DNA of 64,000 bases. Source: Octopus sinensis (lineage: Eukaryota). The position numbers were made by a program, and so were the translations under genes. Position 1 is the stretch's first letter. The number at the start of each line of letters is the position of its first letter. Of this stretch, positions 24,574 through 36,452 are shown in pieces. The DNA lies in the NCBI RefSeq assembly GCF_006345805.1, contig NC_043018.1, positions 9,486,001 to 9,550,000 on the forward strand, in the 5' to 3' direction. The notes under the pieces are model-generated. The model made no database searches and had not been told where the DNA came from. It worked only from the letters and a program-made list of their open reading frames with translations.

Positions 24574-26171
24574 ATTTCTTTATTTATCCATAAAGGGTTG
24601 ACGAAGATAAGAGACAAACAACACATTGGGGACATAAAACACACAAAAAAAAAAGTAAGATAAAAATGAGAGGGTGAAAATGAAATATGAAAGCGCTGTT
24701 ACCCACCCCATCGGATAACATCGCTTACCTGTCCTCTTTTCCTAGGTCTTCTTCTTACAGTCTTCTGAAAAATACTTAGTCTCTTAATTTCATCCCGCAC
24801 CGCTTTTCCAGTTCTTTATTCTCATCCAAGTCTATCTCCTTTCTTATTGACCCCAAAACATTAATCACTTCATCTTCAAATTCTCTTACTTGTTCTTCCT
24901 CATCCCAACTCAACCTCACCCAAGTCCTTCAATATTTCCAACAGGTCCTCGTCTTCTAATACTCCTATAGCATGCGTTACGGGAGGGGGATTTTGTAAGT
25001 TGTTCTGTGTGTCTATTTTTTGTTTTCTTGTTGGCAGGGAGTGGGTAGGCTTTGTGTCTGCAGGGGAAGGGTGGGACAAAGAGGGTGTGGGTGGCGTCGG
25101 GGTGGGTTGGGGTTCATTATAACTTGCCTTCTTTCTTTCTCTCTTCTTCCTTTTACCACTGGTTTTCGATTTATCTTCTATCTTTTCTTCTGTCTTTCTC
25201 TGTTCCTCTTGCGGCTCCCGGGTATCTTCTATCTCTTTTACGGGCTCCTTCGATGGTTCCTTTGCTGGTGGAGGGCAGTTAGCTCTTTTGTGGCCTTTCA
25301 GGCCGCATTTAAAACATTTACGAGCTCTGCCCTCCACCCATACACGCAGACTAATGTCTCCTATTGTGATCACCTCTGTTAAGCGCTCCAGGACTTCAGC
25401 TTCCGCCTGGACGCTCATTTCCAATACTCCTCCTTTCCACTTGCCTTCATCCGCAATCGTGGCCTGCAGTATGTCCACCTTATCCTTATTGTCAATGAGG
25501 ATGGCTGCCACTACCAATTCAGCTTCTATGTCGGGCGGGATTCTTTTTACCCTGATCCTGGTCGTCTTCCTTCCTAGATACGAGGGCAGAAGGAATACTT
25601 TTTCTGTTTTAATAGTCCTTGCTGCCATCCTCCTAGCCACTGCCTCCGATTCGAACTGTACAACGACAGTACCGTACTTATTACCTCTTGTCAGGAATAT
25701 TACCTTTTCTGCTGTTGTCCGTAATGCCTCCTCCACGGTTTCCATTCCAACTGTATCCATTTTTCTTTTGTCTGTTGCAAATACCTTGTACGTTATGGTT
25801 TTCCTATCAAAATTTTTTATCGTTTTCCTTGGCGGAGACAACTCCGCGTCACCGCCTACCTTCTTCACCCATTTCTGGCCGTCCGGTAACTTCGCAAGGT
25901 CAACCTCTTTGTTTGTTGGCTTCATTGCTCCTGCGTAATTCATTTTTCCTTCCATTACCATATCCAGTCTGTTGACCGCTCTCGTCAGTTCCTCTTCCTC
26001 CGAAGTCAACAGGTCCGACTCAATGAGGTCAGAATACCTGCTCCTCCTTGCCATTTCTTCAACAACACCACCGCTGCGAACAGCAAATATCTAAAACAAT
26101 TACACTAAAAAAAAAATATAACTTTTAACCATTCGACCTACACAGATGAAAAAAACACGAAGTGTCAAACA
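24574..26171 (-). mobile_element. ORF1-only non-autonomous non-LTR retroelement (HAL1-like; L1/Tx1-type ORF1)
   Basis: 19-bp TSD CGGCGTGCTAAC(A/G)TTTCTG at 24555-24573 and 26172-26190; 117-bp 5'UTR, single ORF, short 3'UTR ending ...ATAAATAAAGAAAT; no RT/EN. Confidence 0.85.
24900..26054 (-). CDS. LINE ORF1p / gag-like nucleic-acid-binding protein, 384 aa, one CCHC knuckle
   Basis: CFKCGLKGHKRANC (CX2CX4HX4C) after an RRM-like alpha/beta region, then a K/E/P-rich tail; an acidic extension (DEEEQVREFEDE...) continues in a shifted frame to ~24776. Confidence 0.8.
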   Translation of the reverse strand: MARRSRYSDLIESDLLTSEEEELTRAVNRLDMVMEGKMNYAGAMKPTNKEVDLAKLPDGQKWVKKVGGDAELSPPRKTIKNFDRKTITYKVFATDKRKMDTVGMETVEEALRTTAEKVIFLTRGNKYGTVVVQFESEAVARRMAARTIKTEKVFLLPSYLGRKTTRIRVKRIPPDIEAELVVAAILIDNKDKVDILQATIADEGKWKGGVLEMSVQAEAEVLERLTEVITIGDISLRVWVEGRARKCFKCGLKGHKRANCPPPAKEPSKEPVKEIEDTREPQEEQRKTEEKIEDKSKTSGKRKKRERKKASYNEPQPTPTPPTPSLSHPSPADTKPTHSLPTRKQKIDTQNNLQNPPPVTHAIGVLEDEDLLEILKDLGEVELG

Positions 26172-27585
26172 CGGCGTGCTAACGTTTCTGCCAGCTCAAC
26201 GCCGCCGTGTGAAACAATAAATAATGCCGAATCTGTGTGAGAAGGTTGGATTTTTGGATTAAAGGTTATAGTCCAGGCAGAGAAGAAGAGGAAGAAGATA
26301 AGAAGGGGGGGGAGAAGAGTGTGAGAAAGGAAGAGAAGACTAATAGAAAGATGAAGAGGACAGGGGAAATGGCGGAGAAGGGGAGGAGGATATTGGTGAG
26401 AAGAGGGTAGTGTGAAGGGGAGAATGATGAGGGAAAGAGAAGATTGAGGGAGGAAGAAAGGAAGGAAGGAGAAGGCAGAGGCAGAGGAGAAAGGAAGGAA
26501 GGAGAAGGCAGAGGCAGAGGAGAAGGGAAGGAAGAGGTTGAGAAGACAATGACGAAGAAGAAGAAAAGAATAGATCTAATACTTATTTCATCGATCTCCG
26601 GAAAAGCTGAGTAGTAAGGTTGACTTCTGCTGGATTTGATCGCAGAATGCAGATGGACCCAGATGCACTAACGGTTCTACCACCACCGCAGTCACTATTA
26701 CAACTTGCACCACCACTATTTCTACCACCATCATCATCACCACAACTACTACTACTAATACTACCACCAGTAACTCCCCCACCATTACTACAACTAGTAC
26801 CACTACCGCCAGCAGTACCATCAAGACTACGACTAAAATTATGGCCACCACTAACTACATTCACACAGGGTGGGCCAATTTGTACTTTGCTGTGAAGTTG
26901 ACAAATCGTTCCTCTTTCAACAAAATGTAGTTTTCCAATTGAAAACCCGAGTTTTGGGAGTTTCTGTCCGTAGCGTCATCTTGTAAGTTCATGTTCTTCA
27001 GAACCCTACAAAACATTTTATATTTGTAAGCAATTTTGATGTTAAATTTATTTGGTCGTATAACATTTCTGTATACTTCCTTTCCTAATTCGTCTGATGG
27101 TTTCCTTATTTACTTCATCTAATCTTTGTTCTTGTCTGCTTGTTTTACAAATGAGATCCTTAAATAACTAGCGATGTTTCTTGTTTTATTAAGTCGTAAA
27201 AAGCCGTTAAGTTCTTTTTATTTATTTCCATCCCCATTTCCTTTCTGAAAAATAATTCTCTCATATTTCCCTTCAAAAGATAAATACACATGTAGAAGCT
27301 ATTACACTTCTGCTTCAGGATGTATATGCCTTTTGCTGCTGATAGCAAGGTTTAAAAAATATCTACCGCACGCCATTTTTCACGTCTGACCTATCAAAAC
27401 AGTAAGAGTGACTGAGAGAGAGAGAGAGAGAGAGAGAGAGGGGGAGGGATGTAAACGGTAAGTGAGTGAATGGAGAGAGGAGGAGGAAAGATAGATAAAA
27501 AGAGGGGATACTGAGACATATAGAAACATGGATAGATAGATAGATAGATAAAAAGGAGATTGAGACACAGAAACATGGATAGATA

Positions 27586-28375
27586 GGATCTTTTCCTTTT
27601 GAACGGCACTTTGTAACATAATTTCTAGGTAACTAAAAAATTTTAAACTTCGTATACTGGTAGAATGTGTTTATAAAACTTTTTTCTCTTGGCTTTATTG
27701 AGAAAATTCTATAGTTTGTAAGATATTTCGTCTTTAATTTCGAGCATTTCGGCAATTTTAACCAATCACTGGCGTCCATTTAGGTAAATAACATTCTGTG
27801 CATAATGAATATATTCCCTCCTTTAAGAAACAGATTGGATTTATTTACATTTGTGAAGAAAAAAAGATACCCTTCCCCCACCCTAACCCTAAATCTAAAA
27901 TAGATTGAAATGCAATAGATCTATACTAGGGCCATAATTATGGGTGACATTTTCATTTGACACCGCTAGAAAAAAAATCCCATTTTCCGTAGCGATGTCG
28001 TATGAAATTGTCACCCATAATTATAACCTTAGTATCGATCTATTGCATTTCAATCTATTTTAGATTTAGGGTTAGGGTTGGGGAAGGGGATCTTTTTTTT
28101 TCTTCACAAATGTAAATAAACCCAATCTGTTTCTTAAAGGAGAGACATATTCATTATGCACAGAATGTTATTTACCTAAATGGACGCCAGTGATTGGTTA
28201 AAATTGCCGAAATGCTCGAAATTAAAGACGAAATATCTTACAAACTATAGAATTTTCTCAATAAAGCCAAAAGAAAATGATGTTTTATAAACACATTCTA
28301 CCAGTATACGAAGTTTAAAAGTGTTTAGTTACCTAGAAATTATGTTACGAAGTGCCGTTCAAAAGGAAAAGACCC
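27586..28375. mobile_element. Foldback (palindromic dimer) MITE, ~390-bp arms
   Basis: Ends GGATCTTTTCCTTTTGAACGGCA / TGCCGTTCAAAAGGAAAAGACCC; arms inverted around ~27980; GATAGATA on both sides (ambiguous, inside a microsatellite). Confidence 0.9.
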
Positions 28376-29661
28376 GATAGATAGATAGATAGATAGATAA
28401 AAAGGGGGGAGATTGAGACATACAGATAAACAGAGTGGGGTGAAAGAGGGAGAGGAGAAAATGAGGGTAACTAAAAGAGAAATGGTGAAGGAGATAGATA
28501 GATAGACAGAGAGAGAGAGAGAGAGTGGTGCTGATGATGTTATGCTGGGCTAAAATAATATGGCGAAACCTTTGCTGCTGTGTACGATGTTTCTTGGCTC
28601 CTGCTCGTGATGTGTTGTTTTCGTTTTTTGACGTTAACGCAGTAAATTATCTTCAAGATAGAGGTAACCTAATCGTCATTTCACCTGACTCACAACAGTC
28701 TTTACATCTGCAGACAATTGGAAGACATTTTGTTTTGCTTGTTTTTGTTTATTTTTTATTTGTTTTGTGTTGTTATTTTTTTTTTTTTTTTTTTTCCCCA
28801 CTTTGCATTTTTAAACTCGAACGAATTTTACGTTTGGGGAAACCGGGAGCTGGTTTTCCAACCCAAAATATCTTCAATTGGAGATGACTGTTGTGAAATT
28901 TCATGGTCCCGAAACTTTAAAGGAAGGGTGGAAAAAAAAAAATGAAATAAAATTAAAAAAAAAAAAAAACACAAAAAAACAACCAACAAGCTCGAAAATG
29001 TGGAAGATGGGCAAAAAGAAAAAAAAAAATGTATATTTCAAAAGACTATTGACAGCTTGATTTGTTTACTTAACGTCTGGTGTTTTCAAGATAAGATGTT
29101 CAACAGAAAAGAAACAAAAAAAGAGGCTCTTTGCAGTTTATTTTGTTAAGCCTTTTTCTTCTTCATCTTTGTTGTTTGCAAACTTATTTCTCTAAAACCG
29201 TGAATACCTTTTGTTTTTTCTGAAGAGTGTCATTTCAGTTCGTTGCCTTCTTTAGAGATACCCGGCCATGTGTTGTGTCCTTCAATAATGTACTTCATTT
29301 CGCGTTGCTCCACTTATTTATTTATTTATGTATTTATTTATAAATTTATTTGGCTGAATCGTTGGCACGCCGGGCAAAATGCTTAGCGGCTTTTCGTCAA
29401 TCCTGACGTTCCGAGTTCAAATTTCAGTGAGGTTGACTTTGCCTTTCATCTTTTTGGAAGTACCTATTTCTTTACTATCCACAAGGGGCTAAACACAGAG
29501 GGGACAAACAAGGACAGACAAACGGATTAAGTCGATTATAACGACCCCAGTGCGTAACTGGTACTTATTTAATCGACCCCGAAAGGATGAAAGGCAAAGT
29601 CGACCTCGGCGGAATTTGAACTCAGTACCATATGAATACTGGAGTCGATATAAGTGACTTA

Positions 29662-30078
29662 GGATCTTTTCGGTTTGAATGGCAGTTTTTTCTAGCGGTG
29701 TCATATGAAATTGTCACCCATAATTATGACCCTAGTATCGATCTATTGCATTTCAATCTGTTTTAGGGTTAGGGGTGGGGGGAAGGGTATCTTTTTTTCT
29801 TCAGAAATGTAAATAAACCCAATTTGTTTCTTAAACGAGGAACATATTCATACGGCACAGAATGTTTTTTTTTTACCTCAATAGACGTCAGTGATTGGTT
29901 GAAATTGCAGAAATTGAAGAAAAAAGAAGCAACAAATATCTTACAAACTATAGAATTTTCTCAATAAAGCCAAGAGAAAAAGATGTTTTATAAACACATT
30001 CTACCAGTATACGAAGTTTAAAATTTTTTAGTTACCTAGAAATTATGTTAAAAACTGCCGTTCAAACCGAAAAGATCC
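29662..30078. mobile_element. Monomer of the same MITE family (417 bp, ~28-bp TIRs)
   Basis: GGATCTTTTCGGTTTGAATGGCAGTTTT ... AAAACTGCCGTTCAAACCGAAAAGATCC; 28-bp flanking duplication 29634-29661 / 30079-30106. Confidence 0.9.
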
Positions 30079-30153
30079 GAATACTAGAGTCGATATAAGT
30101 GACTTACACTACCCTAAATTGTAGGCTTTGTGCCTATAGTAGAAGTAGTAGAA

Positions 30154-30186
<33 letters not shown>

Positions 30187-30629
30187 TAAATTTGAAACCA
30201 TTATTGTCATTTGTACATCAATCAAATTAGATAAGTTCAAGAAATGAGAAACTAATGTTTCAGATCAGTCCCCAAAACTTTTTCCTGCTCGTTCGTTTTG
30301 GAGATGAAGATTTTCCAGGAAAATCTCCGAAAAAAATATTTTATTACAACAGAAACCAATTTAGTCGTAATGTACACCACCTGAAAGTAATTTCTATCTT
30401 ATTTTGTAGCTTTCACTTATTTCAGTCATTAGACTGCGGCCATGCTGGGGCACCGCCATGAAGAATTTTTAGTCGAATGAATCGATCCCAAAATATTTGT
30501 TTTGTTTAAGCCTGGTACTTACTCTTTCGGTGTCGTTTGCCGGACTACTAAGTTAAGGGGACGTAAACATGCCAACACCGGTTGTCAAGCTGTAGTGGAA
30601 GACAAATACAGATGCGAAGAAGGCCCACA

Positions 30630-31402
30630 GGATCTTTTCATTTTGAACGGCAGTTTGTAACATAATTTCTAGGTAACTAAAAAATTTTAAACTTCGTATA
30701 TTGGTAGAATGTGTTTATAAAACATCTCTTTCTCTTGGCTTTATTGAGAAAATTCTATAGGTTGTAAGATATTTCGTCTTTAATTTCGAGCATTTCGGCA
30801 ATTTTAACCAATCACTGGCGTCTATTTAGGTAAATAACATTCTGTGCATAATGAATATGTCCCTCGTTTAAGAAACAGATTGGGTTTATTTACATTTCTG
30901 AAGAAAAAAAAGATACTCTTCCTCCACCCCTAACCCTAACTCTAAAATAGATTAAAATGCAATATATCGATACTAAGGTTATAATTATGGGTGACAATTT
31001 CATACGACACCGCTAAGTTTTTTATAGCGGTGTCGTATGAAATTGTCACCCATAATTATGACCCTAGTATCGATCTATTGCATTTCAATCTCTTTTAGGG
31101 TTAAGGGTGGGGGAAGGGGATCTTTTTTCTTCACAAATGTAAATAAACCCAATCTGTTTCTTAAACGAGGGACATATTCATTATGCACAGAATGTTATTT
31201 ACGTCAATGGAGGTAATTGATTGGTTAAAATTGCCGAAATGCAAGAAATTAAACAACAAATATCTTACAAACAATAGAATTTTCTAAATAAAGCCAAGAG
31301 AAAAAGATGTTTTATAAACACATTCTACCAGTATACGAAGTTTAAAATTTTTTAGTTACCTAGAAATTATGTTAAAAACTGCTGTTCAAACCGAAAAGAA
31401 CC
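30630..31402. mobile_element. Second foldback dimer, inserted in a family B SINE
   Basis: Inverted arms around ~31021; flanks GGCCCACA / AGCACACA (6/8); SINE B pieces at 30410-30620 and 31403-31560. Confidence 0.9.
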
Positions 31403-32183
31403 AGCACACACACACACACTCACACACACGACAGATAGAAGACACAATATATATATATATAAAGCTGTAGCAGAAGACACTTGGCCAAGATGCCACTCAG
31501 TGGGACTGAACCAGGAACCATGCGGCTGAGAAGCAAGCTTCTTACCACACAGTCACAACTGCATCTATATTGTACATAATTTCATTAAAAAATAGCCATT
31601 TTTAAGAAAGTTATGAGGAAACACTTCTGTATTTATCTAACGTGTCTTTCATTTCTGAGATAGTAGGGTATGATTTTAAGAAAATGAAATTGCTGTTTCT
31701 AAGAAGCTAAGTAACCTGATAAAACCGCGAAAGGCAACTACTTTACAACGAAGAATAAATTATAAATACATGACAGCCAGAAGAGGGCGCCTATGTGCCG
31801 TGAAAAAACTATTAACCTTTCATTTGACAAATCCATAAATATGTAACTGATATTAAATTACTGTTTGGGTTTTAAGGATAAAGCTGTATTTTTTTTAAAT
31901 TTCGAAGTAGGTTTTTAAAAACTTAATCAGTAAGTGGGGCTAAGGGTTTTAATTTGTCAAATCACTTGTTCACTGGTGTGTTTTATTAAAAAATTTCACT
32001 TGCACATTCTTACTAATCACCATGCATCTCTTTCCCCCCTCTCTCTCTCACACACACACACATGCAGATATAAATATATAACATATACACACATATATAA
32101 TGCATGTATATATAAAACATATATACAAACGCACACAATATATAAGGTGTATGTGTACACACACACACACACACACATACACA

Positions 32184-32968
32184 CAGGGTGTGATGGGTAA
32201 ATTATCGCCATTTTATATTTTTAATTTCGTGCATGCGCATTGTTGTTTGTTTTTGATTTTGTCGACTACGCAATATCGTAGGGTCAGTTGGGCACCGTCT
32301 GTAAGAAAAACAGCACTATAACGCAATTTGCTCTACCAGAAATTTGTAAACGACATACTGTACTGCTTGGCATTCGCACCGGAAGCTCCAATACGAACAT
32401 TTCAGAGTGTTTGGGTGTCGATGTTCGGGAGGGCAGTGTAATCTGAGGACATGTGCCGAGAGTGATAAAAATCAAACATCCAGTCAACATCTTGGTGTTT
32501 GGAGTGATTACTAGTGATGACGACGTTATGCCTCCATTAATCTTCCCACACGGCCTAAGACTCAACACCGAGGCCTACATCAAGGAGGTAGTGCTGCTCT
32601 GGGTCAAGAGGGTGGCTACTGGTAGATCCGAAGTCTGGCAACAGGACTCTGCACCATGCCACACAAGCAGGAGAACTCATTCATGTCTGTCAGACGATTT
32701 CTGCGACTACATCACCTCTAACATCTGGTCACCTAACTCCCTACACTGCGACCCCTTTGGTTATTATGTGTGGGGCGCAGTTGAGCGAGAGACCAACAAA
32801 ACTCTTTGTAACACCAAAAATGAACTGAAGGCAAGGATTATGGCAGCATTCACCAACTTAAACAAGGAGACCACCATGTAATTTTGGTAAATATATCTAT
32901 TAAAATGAGATATCAGTGTTATTTTCATTTCTGCGTAATTTAGACGACAATTTATTTACCGCATCCTG
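32184..32968 (+). mobile_element. Internally deleted maT (DD37D) element
   Basis: Degenerate TIRs CAGGGTG..AAATT.TCG; ORF 32453-32881 has QQDSAPCH and W.PNS..C.P..YYVW with 37 residues between the second D and the third-D position (now G). Confidence 0.8.
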
Positions 32969-33750
32969 TATATAATACGTGTGTGTGTGTGTGTGTATTA
33001 TTTATATTATTTGATTGAACGCCACGCATCCGTTTCCAAGGAAGTCAATTTTAATCTTTTTGATCCGACTCCATACTGTTTTTCTCCCCTTCACCGTTTT
33101 CTATCTGTCTCTTTCTCCTGTTTCTCTCTCTCTCTCTCTCTTTCTCCTGTTCTCTCTCTCGTTGCTCACACATGACCATCGTCCATCTTTCTTTTCGTAA
33201 TGTGATCATCTTTCTTTTCTTTGAGGGCTGTCCTAAGAACTGGACGTATCCTATCTCTCTCTTATATCTTTTCTCTTCTCAAAGAAAATATTTCTCCAGT
33301 GTTCATTATTTTACCCTCGTTCTGGTCTAGCGAATTTCCATGTTTGTTTTTGTTCGGTTTCCTTGTATGCCACCACTGTCCTGTTTTTGTCCCAACTTTG
33401 ACCCTCCATAAATCCCAAATTTTATTTTGATACTTATGGGAGCAACTGTCTTCGAAGACTCATATTGTCGGTCAATGCTCGAAATGAGGAGTAGATAGAC
33501 AGCCGACAACAGATAAAGGGTCGTTCTTTATGTTACTTGTCCTGTTTACCATTTGTTTCTCTCGTTGTTTGCGTATTGAACTCATTTGTTTTCGTATTTC
33601 ATGTTGTTTACTGTTGGTGACGTCCTGTACCCATATATGCATGTGTATGTATATATATATATATATATAATATATATATATATATTATATATATGCGTAT
33701 GCATATATATTATTTATATTATATAAGGTTTGCATATACCCACACACGTA

Positions 33751-33788
<38 letters not shown>

Positions 33789-34343
33789 CAGAATGAGATA
33801 AAAATCCAAGGCTGTGAAAGATTTCAGAACATTTATAAAGAGGTCTTACAGCTGTTTCCGGAATATTTCATACAAAAAGACTCAGATATTCATAACAGAA
33901 AATCGGAATAGTCAAAGTTGTACTCGTCAGTAGCTGGGATAAAAACTAAAAAGGTGTTAGAAGCACATAGATTTTCTCTTTGTAATCATATTGTAATAAT
34001 GTGTTCGTTCTTGGAGTCATGCCTATTTTAAACATGACTAAAAAATATATATATACATTGGGTGTATATAATGTTAAAAAAGCTGACAGTCTCTCTACGG
34101 TTTTCAATGTGTGTCTATTTAAAACTTCGTAGATGAATTATATCAACTGGTCGTGCTGTGTATGTGTTTACGATGAGGAACCCAAATAAGGAAGTGAAAG
34201 AATTTTCAAATACAAAAACCCAGTTTTTACTTAACCGTCAATTATCATTTCGAAATTATTAGAAAAACGTTTAATTGTAATCAATAATAATTTCAGGTTT
34301 ATAAAATTAGTAATTCGAGTATTTATTGTAAATAATAGGTCTA

Positions 34344-35623
34344 CGGGGGGGGGGCGTTCAATAAGTAATGCCCCTGATCCACTTCCCATAGCAGTAGAGC
34401 AACGAAACTTGGCACAGGTATTAGTCTTTTTCTACATAGGAACCACCCAGAGTTACGCATTTCTCCCCTCGTTTGATGCAGCTCTGGAGACCGTTTTTGT
34501 AGAAGACCCCAGCTTGGTCCTCCAACCACGACGTGACTTTAGAAATCAAGGTTGCACCATATGGGAAACGCTTTCCTTTCAAAAACAACTTCATGGCTGG
34601 GAAGAGGTGAAAATCAGAAGGTGCAAAGTCAAGAGAGTAGGGGGGGAGTTCATAGCCGCACGCCTGTGCTTCTGATCCGGCGACACGCGAGTTCTGGACC
34701 GGAGCGTTGTCCTGCAGGAGGAGGATGCCTTTTCTGATCTTGCCCCGCCTCTTGATTTTGATAGCTTCTCTTAATTTCCTCAAAAGTGAAGCATAATAGG
34801 CTCCTGTAATTGTGGTACCCTTTGCCAGGAAACCTGTCATCACTACTCCGTCCTGGTCCCAGAAGACTGTGAGCATGACCTTGCCAGCGGAGGGCTGCAC
34901 CCTTGCCTTCTTTGGAGGAGGTGAGTCACGGTGCTTCCACTGCATCGACTGGACTTTTGTCTCTGGATCATAGTGATGGACCCAGGTTTCATCCTGTCTA
35001 ATCAGTATTTTGAAAAAGTTTGACTCATCTTCTTGGCACATCTCCAAATTCATCCTCGAGCACTCGACGCGTTCTTGCTTCTGGAAAAGTGTGAGCAACC
35101 TGGGAATCCATCTGGCAGACACCTTTTGCATATGCAAATGGTCATGAATGATAGTTTCCACAGATCCGGTACTAATCTTGACCTCATGGGCTATTTGGCG
35201 AAGAGTTATGCGTCGATCTTTCAAAATGGCAGCCTCAACTTGACGGACAGATACCTCATCAATGGCAGAAGGGGGACGACCAGATCTGGGAGCTGTTTCC
35301 ACAGAGTTCCTACCATGTTTGAATTCACGATACCAGCCAGCGTTTTACAAGGTCATATGATGGGGCATCATCACCATAAGTTACTTTCATTTCATCAAAA
35401 TTCTCCCGTGGTGTGCGTCCTTTCAAATACAAAACCCGGATCGCTGTTCGACACTCAACAGGCTTCATTTCACACTTGACTCAGTTCAAACACCTGTAAA
35501 TCAGAAACCACAATTAGTTCAGAGCTGTAATTTGCCACTTAATCTATAGAGATATAAATAATTGCACAGCTAGATCAAACAATTGTAAGTGGGTCAAGGG
35601 CATTACTTATTGAACGCCCCTCG
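34344..35623 (-). mobile_element. Full-length (1280 bp) mariner, irritans-like TIRs
   Basis: TIR CG(A/G)GGGGCGTTCAATAAGTAATGCCC at both ends, TA at 34342-34343 and 35624-35625; subfamily call is from TIR resemblance only. Confidence 0.95.
34421..35468 (-). pseudogene. Mariner transposase with one frameshift and a 3-aa deletion
   Basis: ATG at 35468 (MKPVECRTAIRVLYLKG...), 4-nt CTGG duplication near 35335, then ARWIPRLL, QDETW, QDNAP, YSLDFAPSD; D-D spacing 31 instead of 34. Confidence 0.9.
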
Positions 35624-36045
35624 TAATATTCATAGACAAAAATGAGTCATATATCGTAATTAATTAACTCGTCACAGTATTGGAACTTAATCAGCAATAA
35701 TATATTCAATTTTTTTCGATATTAACTATTAAAAAACCTGTCTTATTTATATCGCTCTATAGACGTTAGATCAGTGGACACAACAGGGTCAAACTAGCCA
35801 AAGATGGCTGTAATCGCAAACGAGATCATTCTTATCGTGTCTCTCAAACAGTGAGGATATCAGATACGCTACAGACGATTATATAAGTTTTGAAAACGTA
35901 AGCAAAATCCCCTTTGCTTCGAACTTTTTAATACCTTATTAATCGTACAGTATTTATTCATAAAGTTTCTTAAAAACATTCAATAGTACTTCGTTTTTGG
36001 ATTTGGTTTGCAAAATTCTTTATATGAGTTCATGTGTTGAAGCAT

Positions 36046-36452
36046 ATTCTATTGTGTCTGGGGAGAGTCATTTTCTGTTTGTGCCTTATTATGTAACACT
36101 CACCGGTAAAATTTCCACGTTTTTCTTATTTTTATTGCAACCTTTTCAATAGTTTTGACTCTCAAAACTATTGAAAAGGTTGCAAGATACAACGAACATT
36201 TTAGGACAATAAAAATAAGAAATAAGTGGAGATTTTACCGGTGATTGTGTTAAAGGCACCTCCGAAAGTGGTGGGGGCTCCACATCAAAACGGTAAAGGA
36301 GTAGGGGCCGAAACCGGACGTGGTTCCTCCTGTTGATGTCTTGAGCTAACTGGATCCTAACTGGAGCTGTTGTGGTAGCAGACCACGAAACACGGTTGTA
36401 ATTCCATAATAAGGCACAGAAAGAAAATTACTCTCTCCAGACACAATAGAAT
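36046..36452. repeat. Interrupted inverted duplication centred at 36160
   Basis: Perfect 24-bp arms 36135-36158 / 36162-36185; further arms 36101-36137 / 36207-36244 and 36046-36092 / 36405-36452. Confidence 0.85.

Noticed and set aside
28525-28590. CTGATGA...GGCGAAACC...GTA hammerhead-like spacing
   Set aside because: Stems I and III do not pair convincingly; probably chance.
33843-33900. GAAAC-AGCT-GTA (minus) hammerhead half; similar halves at 4479-4490 (GAAACACGTGTC) and 38518-38546 (CTGAAGA..GAAA)
   Set aside because: The other half of the core is missing or too decayed; probably dead PLE termini, not called as RNAs.
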